64,000 nt of DNA, from positions 868,001 through 932,000 of the forward strand of contig MU008182.1 of the NCBI GenBank assembly GCA_010909165.1, written 5' to 3'. The notes under the pieces are model-generated. The model was given only the letters and a program-made list of their open reading frames with translations, had not been told where the DNA came from and searched no databases. The translations under genes and the position numbers were made by a program. Below, piece by piece: positions 10,679-20,282 of this stretch. The stretch is from Anthoceros angustus. Its lineage: Eukaryota > Plantae > Anthocerotophyta. Every line of letters starts with the position of its first letter. The stretch's first letter is position 1.

Positions 10679-13600
10679 TTAGTGCAGGTGACTGGCCTCA
10701 ACCATAGCACAAAGCAGCATTCGGATTTTCGAGATGTAGGCCGTGGCAGTGTTACAATCTACGCAAACACGCAGATTTTTCACCATAAGTCTCGAGGTGC
10801 ATTCGGGTGTATTGTAGAGGGCATGGGCAATAGCAAGCTTCTTGATCTGCCCAGACAGCGAGCAGTGCACATTTGATACAAATTCTTCTTTGTTCATTCT
10901 GGAAAGGAGATGTTGCAGTCTTGCTTCACTCCTGGGATGCTTCTTTTCTCCAACCGAAAACGTATGCACCAGTCCGTACATGTCAGTCCACCAAGTCTGG
11001 CCTGGCTGCTTCCATGCCCTGATCCTCATTCTCCTCGCCTGCATCTCTTGTGCCTGCTCCCACATCTGGGCACCTCTATATATGTTCGACATCAACACAT
11101 ATGCTGCAGGATCTTGACAGTCTATGGTGACTGCTCCATGAAAAGCATGGCGGCCCACCTCCACATTGCTCCACTTTTGACAAGCACCCAATAGAGTGTG
11201 CCAAACTGCAGCATCTGGCAGAGAAGGCATTGTCCTTACCAACGCAAGTGCCTCATCCAGTAGGCCTGCACGGCCCAGGAGATCGACCATGCATGTGTAG
11301 TGCTCGACAGTAGGACTGATGCCATAGTCTCTGCGCATAACCTCAAAGTACTCTTGCCCCTTGGTCACTAGACCAGTATGACTGCAAACTGTTAGAACAC
11401 TAAGGAATGTGGCACCGGTTGGCTGAACGCCATCCTCTCTCATTCTGTCAAACAAGTGAAAGACCACATCACTCCCTCCTTGTCGCATGTAGCCTGCTAT
11501 CAGTGCATTCCAGGAGACCACGTCTCGTTCCAACAGGGTCTCAAATACCTGCTGTGCATCAACCATGCTACCGCATTTTCCGTACATGTTTATCAAACTA
11601 CCAGCTATAAGCACATCGGCTTGAAGTCCTTGATCTTTAATCTGGGCATGAAGCTGCCTTCCAAGATGCAAGGCTGCCAAATCTGCACATGGCTGCAGGA
11701 GACACAAAAATGTCACAGAATCGGGTGCAGCAAAGCCTTCTTGCTCCATAGCCCTGTAAAGACCAAGGGCTTCCTGCCCCATGGCCTGCTGGCAGTATCC
11801 TGCAATCATGGCATTCCATGTCACCACGTTTTTCTGACTAAGCCCGTCAAACACACCCCGGGCATCCTCTAGGCTGCCACACTTTGCATACATGTTTACC
11901 AAGCTGCTGGCTAAAACCACGTCAGCTTGAAGTCCTCGTTCTCTAATCTGTGCATCAAGCTGCCTCCCCTTCTCCAAAGCCTCTGTGCCCACAGCTGCAC
12001 AAGCCTGCAGGAGGCACACGAACGTCAGAGAATCAAGTACAACACTTCCCTCGTCGTGCATAGCCACGTAGAGACTAAGGGCTTGCTGCCCCATCCCCTG
12101 CTGGGTATACCCTGCTATCATGGCATTCCATGTCACAACGTTCTTTTGATCAAGTTTATCAAAAACAAAATATGCATCCCCTAAGCTTCCGCACTTTGCA
12201 TACATGTTCACCAAGCTGTTGGCTACAACCACATCAGCTTCAAGACCTCGTTCTCTTATCTCTGCATGAAGCTGCTTCCCCTTCTCCAAAGCTGGGGTGC
12301 CCACACTTGCACATGCCTGCAGGAGAGACACAAAGGTCACAGAAGTAGGCGCAGCCATGCCTTCTTGTTGCATGATACTGAACAGATGAAGGGTCTCCAG
12401 CCCCATGCCCTTCTGAGAATATCCTGCCATCATGGCATTCCACGTCACCACATCTTTCTGAGGAAGTCCGTCAAACAGCCTCTGAGCATCTTCCAAGCTG
12501 CCACACTTTGCATACATGTTAACCAGACTGTTGGCTACAAACACGTTGTCTTCAAGTCCCCGTTCCCTAATTTGTGCGTGAAGCTCCTCCCCATTCACCA
12601 AACCCAGGGTTCCCTCACTGGCACATGCTTGGAGGACACCCACAAATGTCACAGAATTGGGTACAACAACACCTTCCTCTTCCATATCCCTGTAAAGGCC
12701 AAGGGCTTCTTGACCCATGCCCTGCTGGGAGTATCCTGCTATCATGGCACTCCACGTCACAACATCTTTCTGAGGGAGCCCGTCAAACACTCTTAGAGCG
12801 TCTTCTAAGCGCCCACACTTTGCATACAGATCCACCAAGCAACTAGAGACAAACTTATCCCCTTCAAGCCCACTAGCCAACACATCAGCATGCACTTGTT
12901 GCCCAGATTTGAAGTCAGCTCCACTTGCACACGCCTGCAGGGCTGCTACAAACACGTGACCATCTGGCTTCACACCTGACCCTTGCATCCGATCGTACAG
13001 CCTTATGGCTTCCTTGCCTTCTCCAAGCTTAACATGCGCAGAAATTATGGAAGACCACATGAAGGCATCTGGCTCTGGAACCACGGTAAACACATCCTTG
13101 GCTTCCTGCAACCTGCCATGAGAAGCATACATTCGCAAGATGTGATTGCACAGGAACGTGTCCAGCTCGAACTCCTTTTTCACCGAGAGAGCATGGACGC
13201 GGCGGCCCAGAGCGAGATCCCTCTTCACTACACATGTCTTCAGGACAGTATAAAATACATTGTTGGAAATACAACTATCCGTCTGCACCAGAATTCCCAG
13301 AGCCTCGACAGCCTCGCTAACCCGGCCCTGTTCACATAGCTTGCTTACCTGTTCAGCCGTTAATCCCATTTCGTATCCTGCAGGCATGCACGGGCGACCA
13401 TCACCCATGAAGCGCCAGTCAGGATGACGACCCATCTGCATATCCAGAGCACCCAGATGCGCATCCTGAGCTGGGTTGTCACACTGGTCTAGCCAGAGGA
13501 CCTCCCGGCACTTCCAAAGTGGGGGGTCCTGGATGCGCTCGCTGGGAGATACGTCCCCAGCCACTTGCCCGCTTGGATTGGCTGCCTGTCTTGCGAAGGG

Positions 13601-13690
13601 GCTATCAGATCCCAACCGTTGATTCCAGGAAGTCAGGTGAACGGGATCTCTTCCCAGAACACCTCCAGACAGCCATAGCTCGAAGAGCAC
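10679..13690 (-). CDS. PLS-class PPR protein (PLS1) with E domains and a degenerate DYW:WW domain
   Basis: Six S-P-L triplets, then P2-L2-S2, E1/E2 and WKQPGQTWWTD. HSEKLA is replaced by QIKKLA, KNLRVCVDC is retained and there is no DYW end. First in-frame ATG is 13441. Confidence 0.9.
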   Translation of the reverse strand: MLFELWLSGGVLGRDPVHLTSWNQRLGSDSPFARQAANPSGQVAGDVSPSERIQDPPLWKCREVLWLDQCDNPAQDAHLGALDMQMGRHPDWRFMGDGRPCMPAGYEMGLTAEQVSKLCEQGRVSEAVEALGILVQTDSCISNNVFYTVLKTCVVKRDLALGRRVHALSVKKEFELDTFLCNHILRMYASHGRLQEAKDVFTVVPEPDAFMWSSIISAHVKLGEGKEAIRLYDRMQGSGVKPDGHVFVAALQACASGADFKSGQQVHADVLASGLEGDKFVSSCLVDLYAKCGRLEDALRVFDGLPQKDVVTWSAMIAGYSQQGMGQEALGLYRDMEEEGVVVPNSVTFVGVLQACASEGTLGLVNGEELHAQIRERGLEDNVFVANSLVNMYAKCGSLEDAQRLFDGLPQKDVVTWNAMMAGYSQKGMGLETLHLFSIMQQEGMAAPTSVTFVSLLQACASVGTPALEKGKQLHAEIRERGLEADVVVANSLVNMYAKCGSLGDAYFVFDKLDQKNVVTWNAMIAGYTQQGMGQQALSLYVAMHDEGSVVLDSLTFVCLLQACAAVGTEALEKGRQLDAQIRERGLQADVVLASSLVNMYAKCGSLEDARGVFDGLSQKNVVTWNAMIAGYCQQAMGQEALGLYRAMEQEGFAAPDSVTFLCLLQPCADLAALHLGRQLHAQIKDQGLQADVLIAGSLINMYGKCGSMVDAQQVFETLLERDVVSWNALIAGYMRQGGSDVVFHLFDRMREDGVQPTGATFLSVLTVCSHTGLVTKGQEYFEVMRRDYGISPTVEHYTCMVDLLGRAGLLDEALALVRTMPSLPDAAVWHTLLGACQKWSNVEVGRHAFHGAVTIDCQDPAAYVLMSNIYRGAQMWEQAQEMQARRMRIRAWKQPGQTWWTDMYGLVHTFSVGEKKHPRSEARLQHLLSRMNKEEFVSNVHCSLSGQIKKLAIAHALYNTPECTSRLMVKNLRVCVDCNTATAYISKIRMLLCAMVEASHLH

Positions 13691-13849
13691 AGCTGAATCT
13701 TGTGGTGGATGTACGAGCCCAAAATATCTGAGGCTTTTTTTGCATCGTCTTCAGACATTTGAAAATGTGTGTGAGCTCAATTTTCTCTTCGATGAGGAAA
13801 GACGTAGTGCTTTCTATGCGGATCAAAGGAGTGTCGCGAGATTGGATCG

Positions 13850-16288
13850 ATGGAAGGTTCTCTATTTTGTGTGAGTCATTCCTGCGTGTTGTTCAGGGCA
13901 CCCGATCAGCAATGCGTCTCCAAATCCGCATGCAGAGCGCCCGCAACAGATTCCGCTCAAACATCTCTCTGGGTGGCCTGCCATGCTCACTTCTCGCAAC
14001 TTGATGGATTAGACGCCGCTCGGGAGATGGAAGTTCCAATGTCAATGTCGGACGCGAGCTTCCGCACCTCGGAGGATGTGTTTGGGAAGGTAGGAGCGTC
14101 TTGAGTGGATCGTTCAGTTTATGGTTGTTGTGTAGTTGGCAGTGCTCAGTTGTGCACGGGTGCTGCTTCTGCAGAGGAAGCCGAAGTCTCTTAAGTTCGG
14201 AGAAAGAGACGGTCTAGGAAGGGCAAGTGGCCTATCCAAGGTACCGTCTGTGGAGCTAGGTGAGAAACTGGCAATGTTTGACAGCGAGCCTCTGTTCTGT
14301 TGCGCTTGTGTTGCCTTCTTAGGCGACGGATTGTTTTCTTGCAGATATAGGAGGACTCGTGAAGAGGGAACGGCAGAAGTTGCTGTGGCAGGAGTTCTTT
14401 CATGACCCTGAACAATGGCTGGACAACAGACGGATTAAGGTATTCCTGACCGGCATTTGCATGCATTTCAGCGATTTGACCAATGTATGGAGAGCATAAG
14501 GTGGCTCATGATTCCAAGTTCATGTGCTGGGTGTTGAAAACCTGTACTGGTAGTTTTGCAGAAGAGTCCTCAGCATCCTGACTTCAAGCACAAGATCAAG
14601 CCTGAGGCCCTATGGATAGACAACAAGTTCAATCCCCGTTGGATAAAAACAAAGCTAGCCGTTCTGGCTAAAGAGGATGATGACGTTGTGCCCAGTCCAG
14701 GCCTCGTTTGTATGGTGCCAAGCAGGGTGATGATGAGGTGCGAACGCTGTGTGTCCTTAAGCTATTGCTGTGTGGAAAGACGGGCAAGCTGTGAACAATT
14801 GGAATCTGTGAGAACAAACTCTCAGGCCTCACCTGTGCTTTTCAAAGCTGATCACTTCGCACCTCCTGCAGAACCGAGTTCAATTTGGAGGATGCTGAAG
14901 AAGTTAGGCGACTCTGTGAAGAGGGGAGACTACAGGAGGCTCTGCATGATATACAGGTTATTAATCTGCAAGGAAACATCAATGCTGCTATGGAGAGCTA
15001 CTGGCACCTTCTACAGGGTTGCACCAAAATGAAGAGTCTAGTTCATGTGTCAAATGTGCATTCTTCGATAGAAGACGCAGGGTTTGGCTCGTCCCGGTAT
15101 CTGGGTAATGCTCTGGTAAATAGCTATGCTCAATGTGGATGCCTGGCTGAGGCACTTTTGGTGTTCAACAAGCTCTCGCAACGAACTGTCATATCCTGGA
15201 CCGCACTTATCTCAGGTCATGCAAAGAGTGGAGAAGGTCTTCGAGCCGTGGAACTTTACCGAAAGATGCAACGGGAAGGTGTGAAGCCAAACTCCTACAC
15301 CTTTGTTGCTATATTACAAGCTTGTGCCAGCACAGGAGACCTGGAGCACGGCAAGCAGGTCCATGCTGAAGTCGTCTGCGATGGGCTTGAATCCGATCTG
15401 TTTGTCGGCACTGCATTGGTGGATATGTATGTCAAGTGTGGAAGCATGGTAGATGCACAGGGAATTTTTGACAGAATGTCACGGCATGATGTGGTCTCCT
15501 GGACGACCATGATAGCAGGCTACTCCCAGGAAGAACAGGGTGACAAGGCTTTGCAACTCTATGTCCAGATGCAAGAGGAAGGCACGATCCCGGACGATTT
15601 TGTCTTTGCCAGTGTTCTCAAAGCCTGCAGCAGCCTCGCAGTGAGGGAGGAAGCAACATGTGTAGAGGGCAAGTTACTGAAACTCAGATCCCTACAAAAA
15701 GGTAGGGACATTCACGCCGAGATTGTCCGGAGGGGCTATGAATTCGATCTTATTGTAGGCACCAGCATAATTGACATGTACTCAAAGTGTGGGAGCATGG
15801 TGGAAGCACAAAGAGTGTTCGATGCATCATCCAAGACCCACGTGGGGGTTTGGAATGCTCTCATCAGGGGGTATGCTGAACAGGACCAGTGCCTCATCGT
15901 TTTGCAGCTCTACTCTCAGATGCAATCGGCAGGGGTGAAGCCAGACTGTTGGACGTTTCCCAGCTTACTCCAAGCATGTATTAGCCTGTTAGAAAGTGAA
16001 GAGGCTCTTGTTCATGGATCGCTGACACCAGATCCCCGGCAGGCAGGCAAGGAAATCCATGCCGAAATTATCAAGGAGGGCTATGAGTCAGACATCGTGG
16101 TTGGCAACGCTCTAGTGCAAATGTATGCGAAATGTGGGAACATGGTAGATGCTCAAGTGGTTTTCGATTCGTTGTCCCAGCGTGATGCGCTGTCATGGAA
16201 AGCAATGGCAGCAGGGTATGCCCAGCAAGGGCAGATCGAAAAGGCTCAGCTCTTCAATACTGGACCGGAAGCTGAAGGGACCAGCTAG
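13850..16288 (+). CDS. PDF-motif (OSB-type) + PLS PPR fusion protein, 671 aa, join(13850..14089,14175..14240,14323..14439,14562..14737,14872..16288)
   Basis: Four GT-AG introns (85, 82, 122, 134 bp) give one open frame of 2016 nt. Exons 3-4 encode LWQEFFHDPEQWLDNRRIK|KSPQHPDFKHKIKPEALWID. Exon 5 encodes PLS repeats with no E/DYW domain. Confidence 0.75.
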
Positions 16289-17008
16289 GGCTTGGTAGAT
16301 ACATATCTGTACTGTAAGTAGACATCCCTCGCTGCCAGCATCTGTACATAGATATGTATGTGCAATCAAACGAGATGCGTAACTTGATGCCTGAGCGCGG
16401 GATGCCACAATCCTTCTGCACCCTCCCATTTTCGGACAGAAAAACAGCCATCGCCCTCGCAGAACTAACCGGTGGCTAGTTTCGGAGGGTTTGCCTCTAG
16501 TAGCAGGGCTCGTGGGTGTGTGAAATGCAGCAAGGTGGTTGCGTGGGAAGAGCTCTCGCAACTCCGATTGCTTTGCCTAGTACATAGCGTGTGGCCTCTT
16601 TGGAGGGATATGCTACTCTCTGCTGCTGTGGCTTCTCAACCAGTGCATCCACTGCTTCTACGCTGACCTGGTGCTCCACATGGTCACGCATGCACGCTCC
16701 CCACGCTAGGATCCTGGTTGTTCTGGGCCTTCCCTCTCCTTAGTTGATGGAAAGCTGAAAGCACGTGAAAAGAACCACTCGTTTCGTGAAGCTTATATAA
16801 GGATCTGTTAGCCTGCCTAGAATGCCTGCTTGCCACATAAAGAGCAGGACCAGGGGAATAGCTGTGCCTAGGACTACTGCACTCCTGCAGAGCACTCAGA
16901 GAGTGAGAAGCTTCAATCACGGGCCACCATCACAGACCTAGTAGCTGACACCACGCTCAAGAGGGAGAAACCACCACTTTGCCCACCTTATTCTAGGAAG
17001 ATTCCCTT

Positions 17009-17397
17009 GCCTTGCATCTCCGACCGAAAACTACCGTGTATTTCATGGTGAGCGGTCTCCACAGTAGCTCACTCAAAGCGGTGTGGGCACCAGGGCATGG
17101 GTCAAAACTGTATGACAACTCTGCAATCGAAAACTTAGAGAAGAGCCTGGAGCTCATCGTCAAGTACAGAGCTGAACAGTTCAACCTCGTCAGGACAGGG
17201 AAAGCTGCAGAGGGTGACGTTGTTTCAATGAAACCAGTGTTCCTGAAGTCTGGTACGCCATGTCCTACGGTATGTAATCCCAGTTAGTCATTGTGATGCA
17301 CCTGCAGCCTTCTGAAGCAGAAACAGGATTCGATATAAGAGTGCCACCTTATGCTAACCCAGAAGAGCTCGAGAGAATCATCGATCGAACTTTGAGG
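17009..17397 (+). pseudogene. Inverted partial duplicate of the aminoacylase gene
   Basis: Near-identical to the reverse complement of about 9635-9140 (PGHGSKLYDNSAIENLEKSLELIVKYRAEQF...). Most of intron 1, including its acceptor, is deleted, and both gene ends are missing. Confidence 0.9.
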
Positions 17398-18581
17398 TTG
17401 TTCCTCACAGTGATCATTGTATTATCCTTTGCATATCAAAAAGACTAATGAATTCCTAGCTGGTCCCTTTTGCAATCAAAAGAGAGGCCAGCTGCTCTCA
17501 CAGTTGGCAGACCTAGTACGAATACTGTGGGCTAAGTAAAATACTACCCTCTCGTACCGCTCGAGCAATGACTGGTCTGTAAAGCAGATTATATACCGTA
17601 TGGGGCTATGGATTTGGGCGCCGTTTGAGGAATAGTTAATTTTTTTTAAAGGATGAAATTTTAACACGGTATAAAATATTTTCCCTAATTTCAATAGCAA
17701 CGTAGTATATTTTTCTTCAAATCGGCTCTTTGTAAATAATAATATACTAAACCAGCGCCGCCTTGCGGCGGATAGCCCAAGCCGAAACCAGAGAAGAAGT
17801 TTTCTATTCTACCGTGCTAAGCTTATTGGTTGCTATCAATGTCTTCATGTCGAACATCCATTTAGAAGAATGCGCACTGGACTGCAATTGCGGTCGAGTT
17901 GCGCAATCAGTTACAATGATCCAGCAAGGTCGGCAAGCAAGACTTCAGGCCCGTCTTCAAGCAGTGCCTGCGGCGCATGAGCAGGCGGTAATCACCGATT
18001 CTGGCGGACAAGAGGAGGATGACCCCGATGTGACACCCTGTGAGGACGAACACCTTACAAGCGCGCGGACACCTCCAGAAATCCACGTTGCTGATGGGGG
18101 GGCCATTCCGCATGTGGCTCATGAGGGTTGAGTCTCAAGTTATACTGTGATGGTAGACCACCCATGTGTGGTACCATACGCATTTGCGTCGCATGTAATC
18201 GCACAACTTCACTGGTCTCTACATGTATCTATGTTTTTCAATCTATCTGAGAGCGAGCGTTGTGACATAGCACGAAACCCTGCGAGCAATGGTGACAAAA
18301 TTCTGTTATATTTCTGACAATCTCCGCAAGTTCCGCAACACTAGTCATCTATGGACTCAAAAAGTGTGTCACCTGGACTTGGATCTAATTTCTTCAGATC
18401 CAATCAAAAACCTAAGAACTACCCGAACATCCACTTAGAAGAAATTCGCCGCCTTTGTCCTATGACAACAGCTGGCCTCTTCTTTTTAAGTCTTTCAGAG
18501 ACTAACGGGCGGGCTCCCTAAATTCACTTTTTATCAATGTAAGCTTTTGACGCTCTAATTGGCTTATCTATGGAATACCGA

Positions 18582-18879
18582 TCTGGTCACGCGGCATCCA
18601 CATTTTTTTAGGGTTGTGGACAGAAAGAAATAGTCCCGCCGCCGCATACGGCGGAACTATTTCGGTATGTCACGCATGACCACATCGGTCGGGGCTGCGG
18701 CCCCCCGGTGTCCCGATGTCGTCAACCTACCCCATGATGCGCGAAAAGATTTCACAATACACAGAAACTTTTCTTCTCTTGGGTTTAGGATTGCGTTTAG
18801 GTCATTTGCATTGCCGCGCCATTGCGGCATGCAATATTCCATCTCTGGTCACGCGGCATCCACATTTCTTTAGGGTTGT
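18582..18879. repeat. 37-bp direct repeat pair, 262 bp apart
   Basis: tctggtcacgcggcatccacattt(t/c)tttagggttgt at 18582 and 18844. Confidence 0.8.
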
Positions 18880-19875
18880 CAGCGGTTGCGTTAGCAATCC
18901 GCCTCATATTCCGTCTCCTAAGAGACTCAGGGTCACTCTGAGCGGGCACAGATGCAGCATGAGGAGCAGGTGTTGGATGTCTGGGCGGTGGTAAGCGGTG
19001 GATGCCAAATTCAAATGACTATCATCTTCTGGTCTCAAGCTGTCCCATACATCCAACTGCAAGCATAACAGAAGCATCTTAGTAGTCAACCACACTGAAA
19101 CGTAGGGATTGCACCCCTAGCCTCTCCTTACTGCACATACAGTGAAGGCAACACGTCTAAGCGGAGGATTTACGTTCAGTTTCTCGGCCAACGTGGGCCA
19201 TACTTGCAAACAAAAATTTGTGTATGTGTGTCTTGCCCACCTGTTTAACATGTATGTGTGGTGATTGGATTGAAACCTTAAAACCCTAAACAAGAAAACA
19301 TGTGCATGACACAATCGGAACACCATGCCTATGATCGTGTCATACAAAGTTTTTGCCCCGCGTACGAACCTACAGAAGCTGATGTGGCACGTATTATTCG
19401 TGTATTGTATGGAAGTATCTGAAAGATGTCGTGGCATATTTCTGTAGCGCACACCCAAAAAAAAGAAAGTCACACACACGCTCCCGTATGACCTGATCGG
19501 TATTCCATACTTATTATACATGCACTGGACCAGGAAGTCCACCCGAGCCATGGCAACCCACAAACAATCGGTCAAGCTTTTTCGATTTAGCGGCCTTGGT
19601 TCGCTTCCTTCATGGGGTGCTAGGAAGTGTTAACCCCTTAACGACCGGCCCGTCCGGGCATTTTCTAAGGAAAATAGTGAGAAAGTAATTATTACCTTTT
19701 TTAGCGAATTATTCCATTTTAAATTCGAAAAAATATGGCTCATGATCCTCCAAGGATGCTCTTTCCAACGAAGTATGCCTTGGCATATTCCATGAAAAAA
19801 CGGAAGAGCTATGACGTGAGGAACGGCTATGGCGATTCTCGAAAGGGCACCTCTCTCTGCAGTTTGTGCAATTGG

Positions 19876-20065
19876 CTAAACCAGACGAAGTACATGTAGG
19901 GTCATTCGAAAGCCACCTTCCAAGGTAGTGTCCCATGCGAAAACCAAACACAACAAACCAAACCTCCACGCTAAACCAGACGAAGTGCATGTAGGCTCAT
20001 TCGAAAGCCAGCTTCCAAGATAGTGTCCCATGCGAAAACCAAACACAACAAACCAAACCTCCACG
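19876..20065. repeat. 95-bp tandem duplication
   Basis: ctaaaccagacgaagt...aaacctccacg at 19876 and 19971 with a few substitutions. Confidence 0.9.
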
Positions 20066-20282
20066 CTCGTCACACTTGTGATTGTGCTAGCGAGGTCAAT
20101 TGATGCGGAAAGCTGGACTCCTTGGCTCACACCAATCGCCTCGGTACCGCTTTGCACATCACGGCACCATGTCAGTGTTCCTCCATCCTGCGCACCTCTA
20201 CGAATAGCGCCAGCGTTAGCGTGCCCGGTTGGAAAACGTACAGCAGTTCCCTCGGCACCAGCAAGCCCATAGGACATCCAGC

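Noticed and set aside
11407-13339. Many plus-strand ORFs over PLS1 (and likewise over PLS2-4, the P-class PPR and the ZnF gene)
   Set aside because: Antisense or alternate-frame shadows of repetitive coding sequence with no independent signals.
14556-15032. 158-aa ORF as a stand-alone gene
   Set aside because: Non-ATG start at an acceptor site. Its first part is exon 4 of the PDF-PPR model and the rest is intron plus an alternate frame.
19626-19660. Complete piggyBac/MITE element
   Set aside because: The inverted partner end was not found in the window. Kept only as a note in the unexplained-segment finding.
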